A stretch of 64,000 bases of DNA from Styela clava (lineage: Eukaryota). The notes under the pieces were generated by a model, which did no database searches, was not told the DNA's origin, and saw only the letters and a program-made list of their open reading frames with translations. Of the stretch, positions 52,024 through 64,000 are shown piece after piece (within the stretch, counting starts at the first letter, position 1; each line of letters starts with the position of its first letter). The DNA is taken from NCBI RefSeq assembly GCF_964204865.1, contig NC_135261.1, positions 8,618,001-8,682,000 of the forward strand, given 5' to 3'. The translations under genes and the position numbers were made by a program.

Positions 52024-52808
52024 GGTCTTACTACTTACTGAATACAGCGCGAAACACCGCAAAACAGCGCGAAACAGCGCAAAAGAGCGCGAAACAGCGC
52101 AAAACAGAGGAAAACAGCGCGAAACAAAAGGAAACCAGCGCAAAACAGAGGGAAACAGCGCAAAACAGGAGACGCAGTTATTACCACCTCCTGCCACGAA
52201 AGAACCACGGCGCCTCTCGCCATGGTTTTATGGCATGATTTCCGGTATATTTACAAGGTTATGTACCGGATTATAGGTCATCATGCGAAATTTTATCTAC
52301 CTTTTTGGTGCTCCAGAAGTATGTGCAGCAATATGTCGCACAACCTGAATCCGCTACACACACACACACACATACTATTTTCAGGTTGTGCGCCATCTTG
52401 GTGCACATACTTCTGGAGGTCCCTTTTTACCTAACCCTAACCCTAAAGCCAACCATATCCACATGGAAAATGTTCTAAATTATGGTACCCAAAATGTGTC
52501 ACCAGCAGGGGCAGACCTGCCATTACAGCATTACTGGCTACATACGTTGGTTTGTGTTTTTAATTTGCTGCCGTGGTAATCCAACTCAAAACAAGGTGCC
52601 CCGAACTCATTGCAAAATTTTTTTCTGCTTCACACTGTTTCCCTCTGTTTTGCGCTCTTTCGCGCTCTTTTGCGCTGTTTCCCCACCATTTTGCGCTGTT
52701 TCCCTCTGTTTTGCGTTGTTTCGCGCTATTTTGCGCTGTTTCGCGCTCTTTTGCGCTGTTTCGCGCTCTTTGCGGTGTTTCGCGCTGTATTCAGTAAGTA
52801 GTAAGACC
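52024..52808. mobile_element. Foldback element with long TIRs made of roughly 10-bp tandem units; nested palindromic MITE at 52307-52422
   Basis: GGTCTTACTACTTACTGAATACAGCGCGAAACACCGCAAA mirrored perfectly at the right end; arms of (AAACAGCGCG/AAAACAGCGC)n. Confidence 0.88.
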
Positions 52809-53473
52809 GGTAAAGAAAAGGTTATTTTTTTTTGACTGAAAATTTCAAAAATATACCTTTGAAAATATACTTTTGAAAATATACTTACGTGTTACTTAAA
52901 AAGATATAAAAATGACTGCTGAGTGAAATTAAACCAAATGCCAGAATGCTGTTGTTGCTAGAGTTGTGCAAAAAGAAATAGGTATTCACTCAACAGTATG
53001 TTGATTTGAAAAAAAATATTTGTTTTAAATATTTGTTCATGCTGACAGAGTTCAAATAAAAATAAAATGTGCTTGCCCTTGTTACCAAGCTGGGTTGATG
53101 TTGTGATGAATAATGTTGTTCTGAATAATACTATTCTATTGAACACAAATGGCTAAATATTATACTATTAGGTAATCAGATTTATTCTGAAGAATTATTC
53201 GCCCAGTGACTCTACAGAAAATTCACTGTAACTTTTTGCTTACAGTGCCCATTTGTGATTGCAATCGGAACAGGATCGTACAGTTCAAACTTTCTTCAAG
53301 CTGGAAAATTGGCTATTTTCATTTAAATTTTTACTGGGACTGCAAGATCTAACTAACAATATTTATGCAGAGAATGTATTAGGAAGTGTGCTATATTATC
53401 CTAATGTATTAGTGTGTAAATTAGGTTTTGGTAGATTCTGGTAACTTGGTGGTGTCTGTATGCTGTAACCAAC

Positions 53474-54646
53474 ATGGCAAGAAAAACTTGGATTATACCA
53501 TGTCTATGCATTTTTATTATGTTACACAATCTATGCTTGACCAAAGATTCTGAAGATTGGTCAAAATATCTTGATTCCATCAAGAATGCAATGGAAAATT
53601 ATAAACCATGTGAAGGCAACTGCACCTGCCATTCAAATGTTATAGATAATGATTTGAAAATATGGCAAAACAGGGGTGGAATTAAAGAAGAGGATTTTGA
53701 ACGAGCTAAGAAGTATGGAGTTCATTATCAAATCATTGATAATATTCTTTATCGAGAAGAAAAATGCATGTTTCCATCAAGATGTTCTGGAATTGAACAT
53801 TTTATAACACAACTTCTTGACGATCTTCCTGATATGGAGATGATTATTAATGTAAGAGATTGGCCTCAAACAAACAAACGAGACCTTGATCCTCGACCTG
53901 TGTTTTCATTTAGTAAAGTTGTTTCACAGCATATTGACATCATGTATCCAGCATGGACCTTTTGGGAGGGCGGTCCAGCTGTTTGGCCAATATATCCGAC
54001 AGGGCTAGGTCGCTGGGATGAAATGATGAAGTCTTTAAAAGCAAAGTCAAATGAATGGCCTTGGAATCGCAAAGAAAATAAGGGATATTTTCGTGGGTCT
54101 AGAACCTCAGCGATGAGGGATCCATTGATTTTACTGTCTCGATCAAAGCCAGATTTAGTGGATGCTCAATATACAAAAAATCAAGCTTGGAAATCTGATA
54201 AAGATACATTGGGAGCAGAACCTGCGGAGCCAGTCCATCTACTCGAACATTGTAAATATAAATATCTTTTCAATTTTCGAGGTGTTGCTGCGAGTTTCCG
54301 ATTAAAGCATTTATTCTTGTGTGATTCCCTTGTATACCATGTGGGAAGTGATTGGATTGAATTTTTTTATCCAGCTTTGAAACCATGGGTTCATTATATT
54401 CCTGTCCAAGACAATTTGAATGCTGTAGAACAATTACTAAAATTTGCCAAAGAAAATGATCAAGTTGTTAAAAATATTGCTACAAGAGGACGTGAATTTA
54501 TTGAACAATACTTAACAATGTCGGAAGTGAAGTGTTACTGGAAGCAGCTTCTGAAAAAATATGGCAAACTTCTACAATATCGCGTTAAACGTGATAAAGG
54601 ATGCATGAGATTATCTCATCCAAAAAATCAGCATTCAGAATTTTGA
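53474..54646 (+). CDS. POGLUT1: Protein O-glucosyltransferase 1 / Rumi (CAP10, GT90), single coding exon, 390 aa
   Basis: Signal peptide; [73 protein letters not shown]; KDEL-like C-terminus HSEF. Confidence 0.96.
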   Translation: MARKTWIIPCLCIFIMLHNLCLTKDSEDWSKYLDSIKNAMENYKPCEGNCTCHSNVIDNDLKIWQNRGGIKEEDFERAKKYGVHYQIIDNILYREEKCMFPSRCSGIEHFITQLLDDLPDMEMIINVRDWPQTNKRDLDPRPVFSFSKVVSQHIDIMYPAWTFWEGGPAVWPIYPTGLGRWDEMMKSLKAKSNEWPWNRKENKGYFRGSRTSAMRDPLILLSRSKPDLVDAQYTKNQAWKSDKDTLGAEPAEPVHLLEHCKYKYLFNFRGVAASFRLKHLFLCDSLVYHVGSDWIEFFYPALKPWVHYIPVQDNLNAVEQLLKFAKENDQVVKNIATRGREFIEQYLTMSEVKCYWKQLLKKYGKLLQYRVKRDKGCMRLSHPKNQHSEF

Positions 54647-55593
54647 TATTCTCCACTGTTGTCTGTTGATATTCAAATTTTTTGTATTTTGGAATACCCA
54701 CTGATAAATTATGGAAAGAGTGTGTATGCAGGTACAAAATTGCATAGCTATGCAAAAACTGAGGTTAATTAAGGCTTTATAATGGTGCTGATTTTCAATT
54801 TCATACTCTTGTTTGCTTAGTACAACATAGATGTTTTCCCTGAAAAAGTTAAATGTTCTCTAACAGGTAATGCAAAATATAAATTCATAAAATCATTTGG
54901 TTTGAAAATGAAAAAAAATCCGAGCGTTGTGTAAGCATGACCAAAATTTTTTATTTTTAAGTGTTCAATATGATTTTTGGATATCCCAATTTCGATTATT
55001 TGAAATTGAAATTTAACAAAAAGGGAAATTCTTGAATTCCAAGTCATTTTGATGAGGGTGTCTCATAGGTTTTTGTTGTTGATTGCCTATGTACTTTTTA
55101 TGTAATAACAAAAATAGGTGGTTTTTTTTATGAATTGGATTATTCATATATTTTTATACTGTAATCTTGATTGTTTTTAAGTACACTTGTCCTTTGTCTT
55201 TTAAGTACAATAGGTAACAACTAGGCCACTATAGATATAAACGGCTTTCTGATGTCTGGGGTAACCTCCAGATATTGACTGGCAAGCTGAAGTTTGGGAA
55301 TACCCCATCAAGACCAAAAATCTCAGAAAAAAAAATATAAATTCCTCCCCACTTGAGAAATCTTAGAATAGCCAAATCACTTTGGAAATTGTTGTTCTCT
55401 CGACACGTTTACGATTTATTGTTGTGTTTTGTTGCTGTGTGAATTAGTGTTAGTTTCCTATGTGTGTGTTCTTTGCTGTAGCCTAAACTGAAAATATGAA
55501 ATTTCTTTTGCTTTGATGCCAAAAATAACAAATCACTACCTTTAATATTTTGCTAGTCATTGTATATGAAATAAATAAATACCATAATATATA

Positions 55594-56266
55594 ATGAGGC
55601 TCAGGGCCAAAAATCTTGTTCGAATTTTACTTCTGATGGTAGCTGTGTCAGTCGTTTATTATTACTTACAACTTCGATCACTGAAAGATGATAAAGAAAA
55701 AACTTTAGTACGGAGTCCGCATAACGGTGCTGGTGATGACAGCGATCTAGATCAAATTGATATTGGACATGAAGTATGTTGGAAACTTGCTTAATTTTGC
55801 TTTTGATTCACAATCATGGCGAACTAAGAAAAAGAGAGCCATTGGCTTGGGTATTATTTGCTAAAAATTAACAGTAATATCTTGTTCAATAATTTATATA
55901 TAATATAATTAAAGTGTTATATTACTGGAGATTAGTCAATGTTTCAAGAAAACAATTTTAGTTTTAAGCACCCAAGAATTTACAATTTCTAACAAATCCT
56001 ACTACAATTTCAAATTTTATGTTGTTAAACAATTGTTGAATTATATGTCTGATATCTGTTGTATTGATAAACTGACATTTCATTGATCGAATGTTGAGGA
56101 TTCATTCCTACAAATACATGATTTTGAACTTGCAAACTATTCAATATGTCTTCCCAGGCTAAAGACTATCCAGCAAGACATGACAGAAATGAAGAATATG
56201 CACAATATGATGCTCATGGGGAAAAGTCTTCCATAAACACGCAACCTTTTGAATGGGAAAAGAGGG
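55594..56266 (+). CDS. 5' exons (55594-55773, 56158-56266) of a type II membrane protein, possibly a Golgi glycosyl/sulfotransferase; remaining exons not identified
   Basis: Short basic N-tail, TM ILLLMVAVSVVYYYL, acidic stem; phase-0 splice to AKDYPARHDRNEEYAQYDAHGEKSSINTQPFEWEKR followed by a GTGAGT donor. Confidence 0.65.
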
Positions 56267-57156
56267 TGAGTTATGATTTATTTCATGAAAAACTAGGGTG
56301 ATGTACATTAGCAATGGCAGAGAAATATTTAGTCTTTGAGGATCGATAAAGTGTACTAGCCAGCTTTGGATGTATAGCAGCTATTCACAACCTGGGGCCC
56401 ATGCAGGGCAGTCGGAGGGAGGCCACAATGCCCACGATGCAAGACTAATTTTTCTTTTGATTGCTTGATAAAGGGTATTTCACAGCTGATGTTTTTACTT
56501 TGTTGGGCATGAATTGTTTGAACACAATGGTATTTGGAATCTACTATAAATACCACTAGAATGGTAAACAGGGATGCCATTGGTGCTAAAAGCCTCGGGA
56601 ATAAAAGGTTGGGAACCACTGACATATAGTATGATTTTGTACAACAAGTTTTATTTTGCAGTAAGTGACATTGTAATTGAAAGAGGCAGATAACTAGCGG
56701 AATATTTTAGTCGATAAATACTGAAATGTATATTTTTTGTATGCGGGTCTGCATGTGACTCATATGCGCTTCAATATTGGTAAAGAAGAATTGTATTCAA
56801 TATTGGTAAAGAAGGAGAGTTTCCATCATTTTTTATTAAGTTGAGTTCCTCCCTCTTGCTATTTTTAAAATCAACTACAATTATAAATCAAGTTATAGTG
56901 TGATCTCAAAATGTTAGTTCAGAACTTAGAAATTTTAGAATGCGCTGCCAGATTCTGCTACTTATAGCTTGGAACAAAAATCAGCTATACACGACTCCCA
57001 ATAGAAACTATTACGATGCCAAAGCGTATTATGTGATAATATTTCAAGTTGTTATGCGATATTGTTTAATTCGGTTATCAATTTATCGACTTTTATCTTA
57101 GACAATGTTTGTCGAACATTTTCAGCTCTTTCACTCTTAAATACTTTCTTCTATAC

Positions 57157-57917
57157 CAGGGATGGCGAACCACTGACCCGCGGGTCACAATGTGACCCAC
57201 CGTGTTTTATTCATGACCCGCTAAGGCACAAATAAAATAAAAATGCTAATTTATCAGTGATAAAAATTGATAAAACCGGCCTTAAATTAATCTAACGATA
57301 ACTAAACTATTATAATGTACAGTCAGGGCTGCGATCGCTCATATTCAAATTGTTAATTTCCGGGCCGGTATGGATATTTTCAAAACCCCCAATCTTGGAC
57401 GCAGTCTGCTGCACCGTCGTGTACCGTTATTCAGGTATTGGCTCTGACATCGTTTAAGACATAACAATGCAATTGATCTGTTCATTTCTCGCAACGTTGA
57501 GATAATACGAGGTCAAAAACCTAGAAATCTGAGATAACAACTGGGCAGTGTAAAAGTGCTTAATGGGGTTGAAAACCGATCGAAAAATATACCACTATCA
57601 GAGTGGAATTCCCTCCAAACTCTTTGGAACAATGAAATAATTTGCCGCATCGTCCTAAACGTTTTTGGTAATTCATATGCGTGTTTTCGTACTCTAATTT
57701 CATAAAATCGAGTGCCATAAAAAGTCCCTGATGGAAGTGCTGCATAAGTAAAGCCCAAAACTACACCAACACCAACAGAAACTTATAAGATTTGTGTGAG
57801 GAAGTTTTTATAGATACCAACAATAACATTGATTAAATACCTGTTACCCACTCTCTTCTGTTTCATGATAAAAATAATATTTTTGACCCATTCATTGAAA
57901 AAGGTTCACCATCCCTG
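57157..57917. mobile_element. Non-autonomous hAT element
   Basis: TIR CAGGGATGGCGAACC / GGTTCACCATCCCTG; TGACCC subterminal repeats; TCTATAC on both flanks. Confidence 0.8.
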
Positions 57918-58407
57918 TAATCTATACCATATACTTTCCCTATCATCAACTAGAAAAAGTTGTATAGAATTTTCATCACACCTTATGTCAGAATATAGTA
58001 TCATATATTGTATTATGATTTAAGAGTTTGTAGAGGAAAGCTGGAAAGAAAGTTGTATTTTTGAGAAATCGAAAATTACAATTATTCACTCTAGTGAAAT
58101 TTGGAAAAATTGTTCTTTCATATTACAAATGACAATTAATACTGCAATTAATGTTAAACTTACATTTTGTCAGTATTTTTTGATTTTAGAGATAGATTTC
58201 AAATGTATATTTTCATAATAAATTAAATTGAATTATATGTAGCGGTATTTATTTAGGGTGCTTACTGATTATTGAATGTGCATGATATTGAATAATTATG
58301 GTAATTGTAATCAAATTATTGATACAAAGAAGTTGATAAAATAATTGATTGGCACTTTTGGCAGACATCCGAATTCCCAGACAGACAAAATATCAGCATA
58401 TTTTTGA

Positions 58408-60432
58408 TTATTTGAAACCCATGAACATCTCTGGATGTTCAACTGCTTCTGCAAGGTGAAGTTGTACATTGATTCCCTTTTCCATGAGTTTGTTCCACAT
58501 CAGGGTGAGTTGCTTGATTGTTGGATTCATAGTTGGAAAAACCACCCACACAACCCATTCATCTGGAATATATATTTAGAATATGTTTTATTAAATAATG
58601 CCTAGGTACTAAAATACCCACCTATATCATCAGCGTTTGCTAGGCTAGCAATACTACTGCGAGAAATTGATGCCCACTCGCCCAGTCATGCTTGTGTGAA
58701 AGCTTGATGTTGGGACTTTTATATATGTTTGGGTGGCACCAAAGCATTGTGTGGATTGGTCATGTGTAGTTGGAAGGTATTCGTGATTGCAGAATGTGTT
58801 TTATCAGCATATTTATTACACATATGCAAATCTGTCTCAAACTGTCAAGTATAGTCAGGTTCGTCACTCACAGCCGCGTTCTAACCTATTTCCTCTCATG
58901 CTAGTATAATCTTGTTGAAGCACTCAAATTACTCAATTTGATTATTGATTGGTGAAACTGAGAATGCGCATTAAATGAGGATAAATAATATACTGCATTG
59001 TAATAATGCACATTTAATAAGTTATGGATATGTATTATGTATGTATGTTCTTACCTGAAGGGCCGCAGAATGCATTTATGACGTAATTCTCTTCATCGCT
59101 TACAAACAAATTATCACCAATGAATTGTGCATGTGCTAAATGTTAAAGGATAAGGTTTTTGAATGGAGGTATAGACAATGACAACATTTGAAATTCGGCA
59201 GTTTCAGTAATTTTACCTAATTTTTCTGCATCTTCACTCGTTCCTCCTTCTGGCATTAAAGCATGGGACGCTTGAACAACTGGTTCTGTTTAAGTATTCA
59301 AATAGGTAATTTTTATTTTTTATCGAGGTGCCACGAACATTTCTTCAAAATTTCATTGTAATTAATGTAAATATATACCATCGCTCTTGTCCAATCTGTA
59401 GACACCTGCTCTCTGCTTCGTCCAGTGGACTAACATAGTTTGTGGAGGAGAACTAAATATTAAGTTATCAGTAAATCAGGATCAGTTGCATATGGCCATT
59501 TTGTTTTGGGTCTTTTTGTAATATATTAACAAACCATACTTTATTTTCAAATTAACCAATACATAAATATTTTCTTGGATATACAAAAATATTTGGTACT
59601 TCTGAAGTATGTGTACCAAGATGACTAACACCGGAACGCAGTATGTGTACCAGGTAAGGGTTAGGCCATGATTTTATTCCAATTTTCCCCATTGTAGTTC
59701 TATTACGAGTTCGGGGACTAGCCAAGTGACTCCCATAGTATTTGTACTTGAAAAATTATGGCCTAACCCTAACCTGGTACGCATACTACGTTCCGGTGTC
59801 CGCCATCTTGGTACGCATACTTCAGAAGTGCCGGGAATTATGTATCACTCAAAAAATTTAACTAACTTTTTGTGTATTTCTGTGGCCACCATGTTTAGTC
59901 CAGTACTTGTTTTAGTAAAGTTGTGTAGCCTTGAACCTGAAACATCTTTTCCCATCACTGGATCATTTGTGTGAAGTACCATGTACCAAGTATTGGGACT
60001 CTGCCATTGCACAAACAAAATAAATAAAGATGGTGAAATAACTGGTAATAGATTAGTTTCATATCAGATTTTATAAACTGTAGTGAAATACCAGACGCAA
60101 ATACTGATTGACGCTTTTGTCTTCCATTGGAATAGAAATATTTTATACATAACGTAAACAACAACAAGATGAAATATTTTTATTCGATTTTTGCATGGTG
60201 ACAAAAACAATTAATGTTTTGGAAAATGGTAATAACTTTATTGCTCATGAAAAGAATTAAACTTTGATTCATTTACAAATTCAAATGCTTAAACTTCCTG
60301 GTACGCACATACCTTATCGATATCGATTTCTTCGTTTTCTTCCGGAATTCTGCATCGTTCAGTTTTGATGAAATCAAAACTCAAAACAATCATCAGTAGC
60401 GAAATGTACATGATTTTTTCAAGCACAAACAT
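58408..60432 (-). CDS. Lipocalin-like secreted protein, paralogue A; exons 60432-60313, 60000-59867, 59452-59379, 59285-59217, 59135-59055, 58562-58408
   Basis: Signal peptide, C.IPE.NEEIDIDKSPNTWYMV (SCR1-like), FVSDEENYVINAFC (TDY.NY-like SCR2), WVVWVV strand plus amphipathic helix ending LMEKGI; all phases consistent. Confidence 0.8.
59596..59832. mobile_element. Palindromic MITE with CCTAACCCTAACC core in a lipocalin intron
   Basis: GGTACTTCTGAAGTATGTGTACCAAGATG / CATCTTGGTACGCATACTTCAGAAGTGCC. Confidence 0.8.
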
Positions 60433-60455
60433 GATATTTTATACCCACTTGAAAA

Positions 60456-60711
60456 CAGGGTGGTCACAAGAAAAAAAAGGAAATTTGTCAAATAATTTAT
60501 TTTAATTTTAACAAAGTTTTTCAAAGGCATATGTTATATTACACTCATAGTCCGTGCACTTCAGAGCAGTGTCTTAACCTAGAAGTCAAGCTCATGTAGC
60601 ATTTTGAAGTTTAACTTGTGGGATATCGTTCCAATTCAACCTACAGTATACGCATTTCATTCATTATCTAATCTGACTTTCAAATTTTCTGCTTTTCTCG
60701 CGACCACCCTG
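60456..60711. mobile_element. Small TIR element immediately upstream of lipocalin A
   Basis: ACAGGGTGGTCACAAGAAAA / TTTTCTCGCGACCACCCTGT inverted termini. Confidence 0.6.
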
Positions 60712-61544
60712 TGTATTATAATGCTTGTTACATTCTGAAATGCAAAAAAGCACTAAATTGCCTTTAAAGGAATGGTCCTTTGTGGATTTACTGCACTCTA
60801 TTGACTCTGTCTGAAGCCTACCAAAGAACTTCTTCCCATCTGAGATTTTTTTTGCATTTGACAGTACAATCTGATAAGCTAATGAACTATTATATTTAAT
60901 TGATTATTTAATTTGTTTGGTAAGCAGATGATGTCATGAAAACAGTTAGAATATTTTTATACAATGATCGCATCCCATGCTCAGGAAATTATACAAAACA
61001 AATAAGATCATTTTTGTTTATACTGTCAAAATATGTGACAAAATGTCTATGATGTAGTGGCACGAAGATCATAATAACTTTAAGAATCTGTTAGTGAAAG
61101 ATTCAATTTAGGTGTTGAAGAACTTTTATATAAATCTGATCAATCAATTATTTTACTGCTATTTTTCACTCCACTTGGAGAACTCATATGATTTGACTGT
61201 ATTATCTAGTCTTCCAAATAGACAAATAGTCAGAATATTTGTCTGTGAGGATGAATATGCAAGTCTTTGGTGCCATTGGGTCGAAAATTTTGGCAAATTA
61301 GATTTTGCCTATCTGCGGGTCAATTCAATTTCATAGGATATTCATAAGATAACTTTTGCTACCGGCATGTTTCACTTTGCAAGGTATTGGTTTTTATCAA
61401 TAAAAAGCACAACATGGTGGTTACTTCATGTATGACAGACACATATGTCATATGTTGAGTTTCTCAAAGTGAGCAGTCAGTTGACACAAAATCTTGGTTT
61501 AAAATGGTACGTAAATATAGGCCTAGGCAAGCTTTTCTGTTCTA

Positions 61545-61648
61545 ATCTCATACCCACCTGGACTGGTAACCAGACGAGAGGCCGTGGTTCGCCATATGAT
61601 TAAGTCGTCTTATTCCCTGGGATAAATATGTAAATCCAATCCTATCCT
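61545..61648 (+). mobile_element. 3' fragment of the tRNA-derived SINE
   Basis: GGTAACCAGACGAGAGGCCGTGGTTCGCCATATGATTAAG...GGGATAAATATGTAAATCCAATCCTATCCT matches 50627-50716. Confidence 0.8.
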
Positions 61649-61771
61649 GCTAAAAGCAAATGATCATATAAAAAACAAACTTAGTTATTTTTGATGGAAC
61701 AGAGAAGTATCATGACAACATATTGTAATGCAATTAGGTGTATTTTAACGCATGGATATATATTTGTATAC

Positions 61772-62884
61772 CTGAAAAACCGCAGAATGCATGTATTAAA
61801 TAGTTCTTCCCATCACTCAAAATCAAAACATCACCACTGAACATTGCATCATCTGAATATCAAGGAATAAATATATTTGATGAAAATACAGGCAATGGCA
61901 TTTTACGTAAATAAGGTCAAATACGCTACCTAATTTTGCTGCATCTGCGCTTCTTCCGCCGTCTGGTGTTAAGGCGTGAGATGCTAGAACAGCTGCTTCT
62001 GTTTGAAAATTTAAATTATTTTCGTTTTTATTACTGAAATATTATTTACTACCTTTATTTTAATTGAAAAATTAATTCAATCAATTTATACCATCATCCT
62101 TTGCCAATCTGTAGATACCTTCTCTCTTCTTTGTATAGTGGCCTGTAAAAGTTAGTGGAGGAGAACTAAAATACAAAGTTAGCAGTATATCATAATTACC
62201 GTAGTTACATTCAGTCAACTTGTTTAATATTATTGTTATAACTGTATATTAAATATCATGAAATCCAATTTGAAATTTTGCTCATTTGAAGAAATGTTTT
62301 ACTTCTCATGCGGTTCTGTAATCATCACACTCGCTCCTGTTCTTGTTTCGGTAAAATTCTGTTGTTTTGCACCACCTACATCCTTTCCCATCACTGCGTC
62401 GTTAGTATTTAGAACCTGATTCCAGTCACCAGAAAACTGTCATTCGAAAAATACAATTACAACTAAACTACTTATATCACCAATCTGATAATATTCCTGG
62501 CTTAAGGTGAGCTTCTAACGATTACTGATTCAACCAAGTTGTGGCTGGAAAACAACAGGATTCTATTTAAAGTCTGAATGTTTTCCCTAATGATATGTTA
62601 AATTTATGTACAGTGATAAAGACATTGTCTTGTGAAAAAACAATGTTTTTTACACATGGAAGAAATATAGGCTTTCATTTATTTTTATCCTGCACTCAAA
62701 TGAGTTCAAAACTTTTGAATAACTGGAATTCAGAAGTTTTTATTGACTAGAATAATGTACCAACTTTATCCCAGTCAATATCTTCATTATCTTCTGGAAT
62801 CTTGCAGTGTTTAGTCTGAATGAATTCGAAACTTTGAATCAACAACAATAGCAAAGTAAACCTGCCTCTTTTCAGGATGAACAT
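61772..62884 (-). CDS. Lipocalin-like secreted protein, paralogue B; exons 62884-62765, 62436-62303, 62165-62092, 61998-61930, 61852-61772; own terminal exon not found
   Basis: MFILKRGRFTLLLLLIQSF...CKIPEDNEDIDWDKFSGDWNQV (canonical GxW motif), VLILSDGKNYLIHAFC; exon lengths 120/134/74/69/81 are identical to paralogue A. Confidence 0.8.
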
Positions 62885-64000
62885 CTTCTTTCTATCCTAG
62901 TTGAATGTATTTCAAAGAAGAACACTGGAATAAGAATTAATTGTTGCCAATTATCATCACAGCAGTTTCTAGTATTTCTGAGAATAATTTGAAGATTTCT
63001 ATTGAATATCATGTGGTTTCATCTACATTCACATGTTTCTGAAACTAATAGAATTGAAAAATTATTCTATTCTGTTGACATTGCAGCTAGCACTCAAGTG
63101 TGACAAACTTAGTGTATATGAGTGTATATAAATACACAAATGAAATTATGCCTGTTAGTGGTTACTTGGTAGCATAAAAACATCAACCTGTATCCCACGC
63201 AATCTGCTTTAAACTGTTTGTGACAAGTCTTTGCTTCTGACAGTTTTATAGGCTTCGATAATCAATGTCTTGAAACAATCTTAATCCTAAATACATGACA
63301 TCAGCTTTTTTCTGAGAATACATTGTACAATAAAAACAACTGAGGTAGCTTACAAAGTGTGATAACAGCAGTCTTTCCCAACTTATGGTCCCCCAAAAAT
63401 TTCTTTGGGTCACTAGTTTTTTTCTAAAATACCTTAAAAGTTAGAGACTTTATTCTATGGTAAATTTCGTTGTTTGTTTTGCATTGAATTGTTACTCAAT
63501 TGTATATGTGATAAGTATCACAGAGTTAAAATTTGGTAGCATCAATTTTGCATAAGTAAAGCCACGATTTGATTTGAAAAGTCACGGTGGCAAACAAATA
63601 TGGCTTTCTCACTTTGAAGTGATTTCTGGTAAATTTGATGTAATGTTAAAATTATAAAAAATATTCTTTAATTTTGCTTGTCTCAATATTTTACAAAGTT
63701 AATTTTGTTTTAAATTTGAGTCACTTGATAAAAAGGTTGGGAATTAAACGGGAACTTTTCATATTTTCCTCTACGGGTACTGAAAACCTGACAGTCAAAT
63801 TCTATCGCAAAATATGATTTCAAAATTCTAGACAGTAGTAAACTCTGATAAAACTTTCAGTAGATAAATATTAGTATAAATCGATTTTTGTTATACGTTA
63901 ACTTAATTTTACCTATTCTGTCATTAACTGTATTGTTGTAAGCATTAAATTTTGAGAATAGTCTTGAATTGTTATCATAAAACCCATTTTTACTGACCAT

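Noticed and set aside
51973-52835. Cys/Phe/Ala/Arg-rich ORFs on both strands
   Set aside because: Translations of the foldback element's tandem units
57513-57758. Possible hAT transposase C-terminal fragment
   Set aside because: Only a vague ELPKTFRTMRQI resemblance; the diagnostic S...ER.FS motif was not seen
60760-61325. Alternative last exons for lipocalin B (acceptors near 61312 and 60839)
   Set aside because: Open in the right phase but with no similarity to the paralogue A terminal exon or to a lipocalin C-terminus; not excluded without transcripts

Overview
AT-rich, intron-containing animal genomic DNA, not prokaryotic. The compact gene spacing, short introns and repeat families suggest a marine invertebrate chordate such as an ascidian (inference only). 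Recognisable genes are RRP1 (5' part, minus), intronless MTRF1L, intronless DHX16, a multi-exon REDIC1/C12orf40 orthologue, NTPCR and intronless POGLUT1/Rumi. By hand-splicing I also reconstructed several genes the ORF track misses: a membrane-anchored ZU5-UPA (UNC5CL-like) gene with no death domain; a divergently transcribed 7-exon secreted orphan; the 5' end of a type II membrane protein; and two tandem lipocalin-like cassettes on the minus strand, only one of which has a terminal exon. Intergenic and intronic DNA is dense in mobile elements. These include a very young non-autonomous LTR element carrying a duplicated protease, two different hAT elements stacked at one TTTTAGAC target (one carrying a secreted-peptide-like cargo ORF), a tRNA-derived SINE family, a 1.5-kb tRNA-headed VNTR composite element, decayed THAP and P-type transposase remnants, and many MITEs. 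All exon models were derived by eye and need RNA-seq confirmation.
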